This document shows, in pieces, positions 39,261 to 48,784 of a stretch of DNA of 64,000 nucleotides. The stretch is from contig CAWVRN010000014.1 in the NCBI GenBank assembly GCA_963932905.1, positions 32,001 to 96,000 of the forward strand, in the 5' to 3' direction. The notes below the pieces were generated by a model. That model did not search any database and was not told the origin of the DNA. It saw nothing but the letters and a program-made list of their open reading frames with translations. Source of the DNA: an uncultured Bdellovibrio sp. Its GTDB lineage: Bacteria > Bdellovibrionota > Bdellovibrionia > Bdellovibrionales > Bdellovibrionaceae. Every line of letters begins with the position of its first letter. Positions within the stretch are counted from its first letter, which is position 1. A program made the position numbers and the translations under genes.

Positions 39261-41744
39261 TTATTGGCAAGCTTCGCAAGCTTCTGGGTTTTCTAAACTA
39301 CAAGTGATCATTTCCTCGTCCGTGTAAACTTTTGTAGGTGTTTGTTCCACCGGCGCCGCATTCATCGCTACAGGTGTAGCTGGAATGCCTGCATCGACTG
39401 TTACGTTAGATTTGCGAACTGTTGTTTTTGCAATTGAAGTCGCTGGACGTGAACGTAAGTAATACGTTGTTTTCACTCCACGTTTCCAAGCATACATATA
39501 CATGCTTGAAAGTTTGCCAATCGTTGGGCTTTCGCTGAATAAGTTCAAGCTTTGAGATTGGTCGATATAAGGACCGCGATCTGCAGCTAAATCAATTAAT
39601 GCCTTCATTGGTAATTCCCAAACGGTACGGTAGATTTTTTTTACTGCTTCAGGAATGCCAGCGATGTTTGCAATTGAACCTTCGTGCATTTTGATTTCGT
39701 TACGTAATTCTTCGTTCCATAGATTTAAATTTTTAAGCTCAGTCACTAGATACTTATTGATTTGCAAGAACTCACCAGACAGTGTTTCGCGTTTAAACAA
39801 GTTAGAAACTTGTGGCTCCGTCGCTTCATAGCAACCCACGATAGAAGCGATAGTCGCAGTGGGAGCAATCGCGATCAATAATGAATTTCTTAAGCCTGTT
39901 TTTTTGATGCGTTCTTTTAGCTCGGCCCATTTCTGAGTCATAGAAGGTTTAACACCCCATAGATCAAATTGCAGATCGCCTTTAGCGGCACGAGTCTCTT
40001 GATAGTTTTCATGAGGACCGTGTTTTTCTGCTAATTCAGAACTTACAACAAGAGCATTATAATAGATAACTTCTTGAATACGAGTCGATAATTCACGTGC
40101 TTCATCTGAATCAAACGGCATTTGTAATTGGAAAAATGCATCTTGAAGACCCATTAAACCAAGCCCCACGGGTCTCCATTTGTTGTTTGAAAATCCCGCT
40201 GTTTCGATTGGATAGAAATTAATATCTACTACGCGATCAAGATACTTAACCGCTGTACGAACTGTGCGAGCTAATTTATCGAAATCAAATTCACCATTCA
40301 CTATGTGGCGACCTAAGTTCACTGAACCTAAGTTACAAACCGCAGTTTCTTTGTTCGACGTCACTTCAAGGATTTCTGTGCAAAGATTTGACAAATGAAT
40401 CACATTTTGTGGTTGGCCTGTTTGGTTAGACTTCAAGTTAGAAGCATCTTTCCAAGTCATCCAGCCGTTGCCAGTTTGTGCTAGAGTCTTCATCATACGA
40501 GAGTATAAATCGCGCGCTTTAACTTGTTTAACGTACATTTTCTTTTCTTCTGCTTCTGCGTAGGCTTTTTCGAACTCTTCGCCAAAAAGATCTACTAGAT
40601 GAGGAACTTTGTTTGGATCAAACAAAGACCACATTTGGTCGGCTTCTAAACGTTTCATGAATAAATCTGGAATCCAGTTCGCCAGGTTTAAATTGTGAGC
40701 GCGTTTGGCTTCATCACCAGTGTTATCGCGAAGTTCAAGGAACTCCTCGATATCCGCGTGCCAAGATTCAAGGTAAATACAAGCTGCGCCTTTACGTTTG
40801 CCGCCTTGGTTGACTGCGGCTACTGAGCTATCTAGGGTTTTAAGCCAAGGAATAATACCGTTTGAATGGCCATTGGTTCCTTTGATTAGACTGCCACGTG
40901 ATCTAACACGGTGGTAAGCCACACCGATGCCGCCCGCGAATTTTGAAAGAAGGGCAATATCTGTGTATTTCTGATAGATGGATCTTAAATCATCATCCGG
41001 AGAGTCCAATAAATAACAAGAGCTCATTTGTGGACGAAGTGTCCCGCTATTAAAAAGGGTAGGGGTCGATGCCATGTACTCTAATGATGAGATTAAACGA
41101 TAAAATTCGATAGCTTCGTCAATAGACTGAGCTAAACCACACGCTACGCGCATAAAGAAGTATTGCGGGGTTTCGAAAACCTGACGAGTTTGTGGGTTTT
41201 TTAATAAATAACGATCATAAACAGTTCTTAAGCCGAAGTATTCAAAGCGGTCTGTTCTGAATGGCTCGATCGCGGCTGAAAGCGACGTTTTGTGAGTCAT
41301 TACAAATTTATATAAGCTTTCGCTTAACAATCCGTTTTGGAAACCAAACGAGATTGAATCGGCAAATGTTTTGATTTTTTGTGAGCGCACTTCTTCGTCT
41401 ACATAAGTAGATAGAAGGCGAGCTGCTAGGCGAGAGTATTCTGGCTCTTCACCGATTAATAAAGACGCTGTAGAGATACAAAGGTTATCTAACTCTTTTG
41501 TAGCGGCACCATCGTATAAGCCGCTGATAGCTTTAGTGGCTACACGTAATGGATCTACTTGGGATAGACCTTGGCATAGGCGTGATACGCGTTCAACGAT
41601 CTTAGTTACGTCAACAGGTTCTAAACTGCCATCGCGTTTTTTAACTCTCATAATATGAGGAGCACTGTCATAACCAGTCGATGAAGCATCGTCTGTTAGA
41701 TTAAATGATAGATTTGTGTTTGGTTGGTTTTCGTTCAGAAACAT
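39261..41744 (-). CDS. nrdA: Class I ribonucleotide reductase alpha subunit with ATP-cone
   Basis: VKKRDG cone, TPTLFN, SSCYL, SNLCTEI, VCNLGS, APTAT, TTYYLR, C-terminal CEAC. Confidence 0.97.
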   Translation of the reverse strand: MFLNENQPNTNLSFNLTDDASSTGYDSAPHIMRVKKRDGSLEPVDVTKIVERVSRLCQGLSQVDPLRVATKAISGLYDGAATKELDNLCISTASLLIGEEPEYSRLAARLLSTYVDEEVRSQKIKTFADSISFGFQNGLLSESLYKFVMTHKTSLSAAIEPFRTDRFEYFGLRTVYDRYLLKNPQTRQVFETPQYFFMRVACGLAQSIDEAIEFYRLISSLEYMASTPTLFNSGTLRPQMSSCYLLDSPDDDLRSIYQKYTDIALLSKFAGGIGVAYHRVRSRGSLIKGTNGHSNGIIPWLKTLDSSVAAVNQGGKRKGAACIYLESWHADIEEFLELRDNTGDEAKRAHNLNLANWIPDLFMKRLEADQMWSLFDPNKVPHLVDLFGEEFEKAYAEAEEKKMYVKQVKARDLYSRMMKTLAQTGNGWMTWKDASNLKSNQTGQPQNVIHLSNLCTEILEVTSNKETAVCNLGSVNLGRHIVNGEFDFDKLARTVRTAVKYLDRVVDINFYPIETAGFSNNKWRPVGLGLMGLQDAFFQLQMPFDSDEARELSTRIQEVIYYNALVVSSELAEKHGPHENYQETRAAKGDLQFDLWGVKPSMTQKWAELKERIKKTGLRNSLLIAIAPTATIASIVGCYEATEPQVSNLFKRETLSGEFLQINKYLVTELKNLNLWNEELRNEIKMHEGSIANIAGIPEAVKKIYRTVWELPMKALIDLAADRGPYIDQSQSLNLFSESPTIGKLSSMYMYAWKRGVKTTYYLRSRPATSIAKTTVRKSNVTVDAGIPATPVAMNAAPVEQTPTKVYTDEEMITCSLENPEACEACQ

Positions 41745-41915
41745 ATTTCCCCTCTTGTCGTCCTTGTTAACTTCAGCCCTTTGAGCAAAACATCCCCTAA
41801 GGCGAAATCAGTTTCGCCTTTCGAAGAAAGGTTTGTAGTATTTTACTTTCTTACATCCAAAGTCTAGTTTGAACTTTTGATGTCATTTTTTTATTGAATT
41901 TCACCTTTCGGTGGA

Positions 41916-42001
41916 AACTACCAGTAGTAAATAACGGTTTGCGTCTTATCTAGGCTCACTATATCTAGTGGGCTTTCGTGATTCAAACACTACCAGTTGC
42001 G
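41916..42001. promoter_or_regulatory. Tandem NrdR boxes upstream of nrdA
   Basis: CACTATATCTAGTG (41957-41970), CACTACCAGTTGCG (41988-42001), AACTACCAGTAGTA (41916-41929); start-to-start spacings 31 and 41 bp. Confidence 0.75.
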
Positions 42002-42010
42002 TTCTTTTCA

Positions 42011-42039
42011 ATCGTGTAAGGTGTGGCGGTTTTCGTCAA
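42011..42039 (-). promoter_or_regulatory. Candidate sigma70 promoter for nrdAB
   Basis: Minus strand TTGACG-N17-CACGAT, just upstream of the first NrdR box. Confidence 0.45.
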
Positions 42040-42155
42040 GCGTATTTAATTTTTTTGCGAAAAATACTTTAATGCTGATGATCAATTAAGCACTTAGCTC
42101 ATTTTTTTTGACAAAGGTCTCGTTAAATCCGCGTCAGAAGCGGTTTTGCTCGTTC

Positions 42156-43181
42156 TTAAAGCAAATTTAAGCTGGACTCAGGTCTTGCTTTTGGCAGCCC
42201 TTGATGGGCCATTTTTTGAATTTCTAGGGCTTCTTGTTCTGTTTTAGGCTGGTAATAGCGGCCTTGATACGAAGATTCCTTTCGTAAATGATCAATAATC
42301 GCTTGATGCGTTCCCATTTTGTTATTGGTCCAACTAGGCGCCACAAGCTCGTCAAAGCGTGAAGAGAAGGCGCTTAGGCGATGAATAGCGATATCAGGGC
42401 GCAAGTTTTCTAAGAAAATTTGTACACGACGAGAATACGTTTCTAGCGAAATCGGTGTGAATTCACCTTTGTGATAGAGTGGCTCTAGCGCTGTATTTTT
42501 CAGAACGTGTAAGTTGTGTAGTTTTACATTCGTGATCGGTAAATCATTACAGATTAATGCCGATTGTTTTACGCGTTCATCGGTTTCATAGGGGCTTCCA
42601 AAGATCAGGTGAATACCTAAATCTACCGAAGTCAGTTCCTTTATCCGTTTTAAAGCATGCAGTGATTCTGCGTTTTTATGACCTCGGCGGAAGAATTCTA
42701 AATCATCGTCGAAGAAGCTTTGTAAGCCAAGTTCCACAGAGACATGTTTCATTTCATGGTACTTTTGCCAAAGCTTAAATAAGGATAAGGAAAGGCAATC
42801 TGGGCGGGTGCCAATGACGAATCCTGAAATATCTTCGCCGCAAGATAATGCATCTTGAAAGTTTTTTTCTAGATCGGCAATTTTAGCAAACGAATTTGTG
42901 TAGGCTTGGAAGTACACCAGAAACTGCGAAGCTTTGAATTTTTCTTTAATGTGGGCACGGTATTTATGAATTTGTTCCGTCAGCGGTAAATCGAATGCCT
43001 CGCTGCGGGCCGCTGAACCCCAAACATCACAAAACGAGCAGGTTTGCATTCCCTTTAAGCCTAACCGGTTGGGGCAATCATCGACGACCGCAACGGGAAC
43101 TTTGTAAACCTTGGCGCCAAATAGGCTTTTATATCTGTCTGAAATCGAGTAATAGGGAAGTCCGTTCCAACCGTTTTCCAT
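42156..43181 (-). CDS. TIGR01212 family radical SAM protein (YhcC/YtqA-like)
   Basis: CPNR-x8-CSFC (Cx11Cx2C), YFQAYTN, IGTRPDC, ELGLQS, VKLHNLHVLK; start set at ATG 43181. Confidence 0.92.
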   Translation of the reverse strand: MENGWNGLPYYSISDRYKSLFGAKVYKVPVAVVDDCPNRLGLKGMQTCSFCDVWGSAARSEAFDLPLTEQIHKYRAHIKEKFKASQFLVYFQAYTNSFAKIADLEKNFQDALSCGEDISGFVIGTRPDCLSLSLFKLWQKYHEMKHVSVELGLQSFFDDDLEFFRRGHKNAESLHALKRIKELTSVDLGIHLIFGSPYETDERVKQSALICNDLPITNVKLHNLHVLKNTALEPLYHKGEFTPISLETYSRRVQIFLENLRPDIAIHRLSAFSSRFDELVAPSWTNNKMGTHQAIIDHLRKESSYQGRYYQPKTEQEALEIQKMAHQGLPKARPESSLNLL

Positions 43182-43265
43182 GCATCTTTCTAACTGGTGG
43201 TCCGCAAAAGGGCAAGATCTTGTCACGGGTTTGGAAATCTTATATTCGATTTGGGTCTGATAGAG

Positions 43266-44027
43266 ATGGATTATAAAGAAACTAATGTATTTAAATCATA
43301 TGAGTACGACGTGGAAATTACAGGTGATGGATCACCGACATTACGATATCAGCGGAAAGAAAGTATGCACAATCGTCGGGGGGCTGCTGGTGAATCGGTT
43401 TATATCTACTATCACGCCTTGCTTCAATATGCAGAGCTAGAAACCGCCAAGAAAATGAATCATGAGTTGCGAGTTTTATCGCTTGGTTTCGGATTGGGTT
43501 ACAACGAAATAGCAACAGTGATGTGTTGGCTGAAGAACAAGTGGAATTTAGAAAAACTAGAATTAGTTTCCTATGAAAAAGATTTGTTTTTGTATGAATT
43601 ATTCAATGCATGGCTCATTGGGCCCAGTGATTCTAAAAGTGTTTTCGACGATGTGTTTGTGGGAATGGAAACAGCGTTGAATTCATTTCCACCAGCGGTA
43701 CCATTGTCCGACTTGAAGACTGCGATGATTTGGTTGCTTGAGAATAAAAAATGGATGCAAGCCGGGCTGATTAAATCGGTGGATGATTTTGATGGTTATT
43801 ATGATGTCGTATTTTTCGATGCATTTTCTTCAAAAGTAGATAGTTGTTTGTGGACGGAAGAATTTTTAAATGAATTTGTTAAAACCCGTTTGAATTCTAC
43901 TTTTGTGTTGTCAACCTATGCATGCACGGGTGCTTTGAGGCGAGTCGCGGCTAATAATCGGGCTCAGTTTGTTAAGCGCATTGGCTACAAAGGCAAGCGC
44001 AATGCGTCCCTTATTTTTAGAATTTAA
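43266..44027 (+). CDS. Stand-alone MnmC-methyltransferase-domain (MnmD-like) protein
   Basis: TGDGSPTL, ESMH..GA..ES, LGFGLGYN, SYEK, FFDAFS, WT.E, GKR. Confidence 0.82.
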   Translation: MDYKETNVFKSYEYDVEITGDGSPTLRYQRKESMHNRRGAAGESVYIYYHALLQYAELETAKKMNHELRVLSLGFGLGYNEIATVMCWLKNKWNLEKLELVSYEKDLFLYELFNAWLIGPSDSKSVFDDVFVGMETALNSFPPAVPLSDLKTAMIWLLENKKWMQAGLIKSVDDFDGYYDVVFFDAFSSKVDSCLWTEEFLNEFVKTRLNSTFVLSTYACTGALRRVAANNRAQFVKRIGYKGKRNASLIFRI

Positions 44028-44704
44028 TAGGCGTCGGCTTCTTTGAATTTCGTGACGTAGTCTAATATTAAAGCTTTTGATTCTTGAGAAAGAATAGAGA
44101 ACTTAACTCCTAGATCCCCATTTGAGCCTGAGTAAACAACATCACCAGTGATGGCAATGGTTTGACCTAAGTTAGGGCTTTGGATTTGGCCACGCAGCGA
44201 ATGACCGATTTTTAACCCTAGGGCTTCTGTAAATCCACAACCACCTTCTGAGAGTGTTAGTAGTTTACATCGAAAATCAACGTTGGTAGTTAAGTTGTGT
44301 CCTTCGAAAAAACCGAAAATGGGAACGCGTAGTTGAGTACGTCGAGTAATTCCTAGTTTTTCGGTAATGGCACTAGAAGAAAATAGAATCTGCCACTTGG
44401 GATCTATATCTGATTTCACATAAACACTGTCGTAGGATTGCAGCGCGCGAAGTTCTGCGATCAGTTCGTCAATTTTTAGAATTTTGGATTCTTTATCTTC
44501 ATAGCGGTATTGCCATAAGCTGATGCGATTTTCTTTTTCAGCAGCTTCTTCTAGGGAGCGTTTCCATTCAAAGTGGGAAACCCATTCGCCCATTCCTTTG
44601 CCCCAAACTAAACACTCTTTGTGTTTAGAATGCCAAGTTTCAACTTCATCAACAGACATGGGGCCATGAATTTTTGTATCAACTTGAACAAACCAACGTT
44701 TCAT
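44024..44704 (-). CDS. GYF_2/DUF4339-like domains plus C-terminal PilZ domain
   Basis: WFV...HGPMS..E, LVWGKGMGEW; RRTQLR and TLSEGG PilZ-like motifs. Confidence 0.8.
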   Translation of the reverse strand: MKRWFVQVDTKIHGPMSVDEVETWHSKHKECLVWGKGMGEWVSHFEWKRSLEEAAEKENRISLWQYRYEDKESKILKIDELIAELRALQSYDSVYVKSDIDPKWQILFSSSAITEKLGITRRTQLRVPIFGFFEGHNLTTNVDFRCKLLTLSEGGCGFTEALGLKIGHSLRGQIQSPNLGQTIAITGDVVYSGSNGDLGVKFSILSQESKALILDYVTKFKEADAY

Positions 44705-44729
44705 ATGGAAATTATAAACGAGGGGCTAT

Positions 44730-45359
44730 TTAGTTTTCTATAATTTTCTCAAGGTCTCTATTATCCTGGACCTCTGATGAGTCATCAGTGCCATCCAAGC
44801 TGTTCTTGGCTCTATTCAAGCGATCTAGAAGAAATACATTATCCGTTTTCTGTATCAATTCGTTAATGATTTGCTTCGAAAACATCTTCTCTTCACTGTT
44901 TTCTATTCCTTCAATGGCTTGAGCACGAACAACATGTTCAAAATCGCGCTCACGAGGATTTAAATTTTGCGGTATCGGGGTAGTCACAATTTCTTTTAAA
45001 ATTTCTGGGATGTGCCCATTGTGCGCTAACAAATATATTGATTTAAATCTTATGTCTTGTTCGGCTTGAGGATTGACGGCATCCTGAGCCAAGCTTTGAA
45101 TATCATTGCTTGTTAAGCGCGATGCTCGCGATTTGATTTCTACCATGTCCGAATTGGGTGTAAGGACGACCGCTTGCGGACGTCCTGTCGGCGTCAAGCT
45201 TGTATCGAGAGGTGTAGGTAAAGCGTGTTTAGATACCGGCCGCGCCGACAAATGAGGAGTTCCTTTTAGGTAAAAATACACCCAGATATCGGTGCAGAAA
45301 ACTAACAATGCGATCAAAGCGTACCAAAATGTTTTTCTTTTTAAAAATTCCATAATCAT
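44730..45359 (-). CDS. Membrane-anchored helical (HEAT-like) hypothetical protein
   Basis: N-terminal TM; IRFKSIYLLA and VRAQAIEGIE helices; overlaps the upstream gene. Confidence 0.7.
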   Translation of the reverse strand: MIMEFLKRKTFWYALIALLVFCTDIWVYFYLKGTPHLSARPVSKHALPTPLDTSLTPTGRPQAVVLTPNSDMVEIKSRASRLTSNDIQSLAQDAVNPQAEQDIRFKSIYLLAHNGHIPEILKEIVTTPIPQNLNPRERDFEHVVRAQAIEGIENSEEKMFSKQIINELIQKTDNVFLLDRLNRAKNSLDGTDDSSEVQDNRDLEKIIEN

Positions 45360-46705
45360 TCTGTAATGTTAAATATATTGTACAGTGGGACAGCCACGAT
45401 TTGGTTGGCGTTAATTCCCTCGGGTAGAGGAAGTTCTGTCCACTGAGTTCCTGTTAAATAAAATACTTTCTTGTTGGTGCTTAAAGCATAGATAAGCCCG
45501 TTGGCTTTTGCGATAGACTGCATCTTTAAATCCCAATTTAAGTTCGTTTTAATAAATGTGTTTGACGAGAGTTCATAGGAATGGATAGCCCCAGATGAAT
45601 CTATCAAAAAATAACCTTGGCGGCCATCAGGTAGAAATGGGCTCGAAAGCTTCACCTGAAAATTTAAATTTTGTAATGGGTTCCATTTCCCTAACTTGAA
45701 GTTATAGGAGGCGAATTGATTGCTTGGCGTAATCATCACGACGCTGCGTTTTGCACCGATATCGAATTCCTCAAAGTCAGCAAGATTCATATTCAAATTA
45801 AGTAACGTTTTGTAATAAGAAAAAGAATCCGCAATGGAAGATGTTTGATTGAAGCGGTCGTAGAGTTCAATTGCATAGGCTCGTGTTCCTGTAAAAAGAG
45901 TGGCGCCATATGATGTGCGTTTCAATCGACCATTAATGTTTTGCGGATTTGAAATGATGGCCGGCCGTTGCACCCAGCGATTTTGATCTAACAACCAATA
46001 GTCACCAGTAGAGGATTGAACGAGAAGAGCATCGCGTTTGTTTAAGGGTGATGTGTTGAACACGAAATTGGCTCGGGCCATGGCTGTTAGTCGCGCCATC
46101 GCTTTGTACATGGGATGAAAATTTTGACCTCGAACACTGACTCGTGCGTAGTATTCCATTTCAATGGCATGAGCACCGCCGCTGGCAAAATCGACGTCGC
46201 AACCATTTACCGATAAGTCTTTATAAGGTCCTAGTTTGCAAAGAGTGTGAGGGAAATAGGCAGTATGTCGAGCCTCATGAAGCAGAGTGCCGACTCGTTC
46301 TAGCGTAGAAATTTTATAGTAATAGTCTTGAGTGTAGATATTGCCGCGAACATTGAAAGCTAACGTGGCTGAGTCATCGTGATCACGCTCGGTCTTTAGA
46401 ATCTGCGTTTTTGCCCATTTGTAATATTGAGAGCTATCAATAAAGCCGGCAATAAAAGATGATGCGCCAGTCGCTTGAAATTGACCATTTTCTATTATGT
46501 ATAAAGCGTTAAGAAGTTTTTTAAAATCGCTTGTGGGTTTGCAGAGCTCAACACCATCAAATGACGAGGTTTTGATCTTGAAATCTTTGACGTATTTTCG
46601 AGCTGCATCTTTGGTAAAACACGGAAACTGACTGTCGTCAAAAGGCAGTGTTTGAGCATAAGAAATTGATGTGATAAGTAGCAAAAAGTAAAACAATAGC
46701 TGCAC
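45356..46705 (-). CDS. Secreted HEXXH metalloprotease-like protein with beta-rich C-terminus
   Basis: GAGGGG SD before GTG 46705; signal peptide; TLLHEARH...H..C; GAHAIE. Confidence 0.72.
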   Translation of the reverse strand: MQLLFYFLLLITSISYAQTLPFDDSQFPCFTKDAARKYVKDFKIKTSSFDGVELCKPTSDFKKLLNALYIIENGQFQATGASSFIAGFIDSSQYYKWAKTQILKTERDHDDSATLAFNVRGNIYTQDYYYKISTLERVGTLLHEARHTAYFPHTLCKLGPYKDLSVNGCDVDFASGGAHAIEMEYYARVSVRGQNFHPMYKAMARLTAMARANFVFNTSPLNKRDALLVQSSTGDYWLLDQNRWVQRPAIISNPQNINGRLKRTSYGATLFTGTRAYAIELYDRFNQTSSIADSFSYYKTLLNLNMNLADFEEFDIGAKRSVVMITPSNQFASYNFKLGKWNPLQNLNFQVKLSSPFLPDGRQGYFLIDSSGAIHSYELSSNTFIKTNLNWDLKMQSIAKANGLIYALSTNKKVFYLTGTQWTELPLPEGINANQIVAVPLYNIFNITE

Positions 46706-46878
46706 AGACCCCTCTATGTAGAAAAAATACGCTATTCCGAATCTGTATGGTTTCAAGTTATGTGGCGTGCGTTATGGATAAAACTTTGAAAACCTAAGAA
46801 TAATGTTAAGATCAAGTTAAAGAAACAGTGTTGTAATCGTGTCTAAAACATAGGGATAGATGCCGGAGCGTTTTAAAA

Positions 46879-48774
46879 TTGTCTAAAGCAAATTCAGATT
46901 CCACAAAATCGTCGTCTCTTTTTTTTCTCGCTTTAGGCGCACTGGGTGTGGTTTTTGGCGATATTGGAACATCGCCTCTGTACGCATTAAGAGAGTGTTT
47001 TAGTGCCGAGCATGGCCTTCCGTTAAATTACGATAATGTCATGGGTATTTTGTCGCTGATTTTCTGGACCCTGATGCTGATTATAAACTTTAAGTATGTG
47101 ATGCTTATTCTGCGTGCCGATAACAAAGGTGAGGGGGGAATTTTATCTTTGATGGCGCTTTCTATTCGATCTCTTTCGGATGCGACAAATGCAAAAAGAA
47201 AAGCCGTTATGATGGTTCTTGGGATTTCGGGAGCCGCCCTTTTGTATGGAGACGGTGTAATCACTCCTGCTATTTCTGTACTGGGAGCCGTTGAAGGGCT
47301 TGAATATATTACGAAAAGTTTTAAGCCATTTGTTATTCCGGTGACGATATTTATTCTTACCATGCTGTTTTTGGTGCAACGTTTTGGTACCGGTCGTATC
47401 GGTGTGGTATTTGGTCCGATTATTTTTATATGGTTTGTAGTTTTAGGTGTCTTGGGTATCTATGGTATAAGTCTAAATCCGGAAGTCCTTTGGGCAATGA
47501 GTCCCACCTACGCGATCGATTTTTTGATTCGAAACGGAACGGATGCATTTGTGGTGATGGGCTCTGTGGTCCTTGTTGTTACAGGGGGCGAAGCCTTGTA
47601 TGCGGACATGGGACACTTTGGGCGAAGCCCGATTCGCTACTCATGGTTTTTGGTTGCGTTTCCTGGTTTGATTCTAAATTATTTTGGTCAAGGTGGTTTG
47701 CTGTTGAGCGATCCAAGTGCCATTTCCAATCCATTCTATCTCTTGGTTCCTAAGTGGGGATTAGTTCCTATGGTAATGTTATCAATGACAGCAGCAGTGA
47801 TTGCGTCGCAAGCATTGATTACCGGAGTTTACTCTATCACTCGTCAGGCTATTCAATTAGGTTTTTGGCCGCGAGTGACGATTGTGCACACCTCATCAGC
47901 GGAAATTGGTCAGATTTATATTCCATCGATGAATTGGGCGTTGTTTTTTGGTGTCATTTGGTTGGTTATTACATTTAAGAGCTCAAGTCAGTTGGCGGCT
48001 GCCTATGGTATCGCGGTGACTGGAACAATGGTCGCTACTGCGATTTTAGCCTTTGAAGTGGCCCGACAGCGTTGGGGCTGGGGCCTGGCAAAATGTGTTT
48101 CTATATTTGGATTATTTCTTTTTATAGATATTGTTTTTTTTAGTGCGAATGCGATTAAAATTCCGCATGGCGGCTGGGTTTCGTTAGCTATGGCGGCGGT
48201 GATATATATATTAATGACGACATGGCATAAAGGACGGCGCATTTTATACAGGAAATTAAAAGAGCGCAGTGTTTCAGTTGAAGATTTTTGTCAAAAGTTA
48301 TTGCATACACCACCCATTCGCATTTCAGGAACAGCAATTTATATGGCTGGTGATCCATGGGGTGTTCCGGTTCCGTTACTTCACAATTTAAAGCACAATA
48401 AAGTATTGCATGAACGCGTTGCTATTCTGACTATCATGACGAAAGAGATTCCTCTGGTGTCTAAGCGGTCGCGGGTTGAGATCCAAGAAATTATTCCTAA
48501 TTTCTATCGTATTTTGGTTTACTACGGGTTTTTAGAAATTCCGAAAATGAAGCACATCCTTGAAGCTTTAAGACAGAATAATATTCATTTCAATATAAGT
48601 GAAACCACCTTTGTTCTGGGTAGAGAGACAATTCTTCCTTCTAATGAACCAAATATGGCCTTGTGGAGAGAGCGCTTGTTTGCGTTCATGACTCGAAATG
48701 CGCAGCGACCGACAGCATTCTTTAAAATTCCACCTAACCAAGTGATTGAGGTGGGTATTCAAGTTGAAATTTAA
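46879..48774 (+). CDS. kup: KUP/HAK/KT potassium transporter
   Basis: LGVVFGDIGTSPLYA, ADNKGEGG, YGDGVITPAISV, GGEALYADMGHFG, GQIYIP. Confidence 0.97.
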   Translation: MSKANSDSTKSSSLFFLALGALGVVFGDIGTSPLYALRECFSAEHGLPLNYDNVMGILSLIFWTLMLIINFKYVMLILRADNKGEGGILSLMALSIRSLSDATNAKRKAVMMVLGISGAALLYGDGVITPAISVLGAVEGLEYITKSFKPFVIPVTIFILTMLFLVQRFGTGRIGVVFGPIIFIWFVVLGVLGIYGISLNPEVLWAMSPTYAIDFLIRNGTDAFVVMGSVVLVVTGGEALYADMGHFGRSPIRYSWFLVAFPGLILNYFGQGGLLLSDPSAISNPFYLLVPKWGLVPMVMLSMTAAVIASQALITGVYSITRQAIQLGFWPRVTIVHTSSAEIGQIYIPSMNWALFFGVIWLVITFKSSSQLAAAYGIAVTGTMVATAILAFEVARQRWGWGLAKCVSIFGLFLFIDIVFFSANAIKIPHGGWVSLAMAAVIYILMTTWHKGRRILYRKLKERSVSVEDFCQKLLHTPPIRISGTAIYMAGDPWGVPVPLLHNLKHNKVLHERVAILTIMTKEIPLVSKRSRVEIQEIIPNFYRILVYYGFLEIPKMKHILEALRQNNIHFNISETTFVLGRETILPSNEPNMALWRERLFAFMTRNAQRPTAFFKIPPNQVIEVGIQVEI

Positions 48775-48784
48775 TTTTTAAAAA

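Noticed and set aside
39261..41744. Intein or intron in nrdA
   Set aside because: Length and motifs are continuous; the extra residues are terminal linkers
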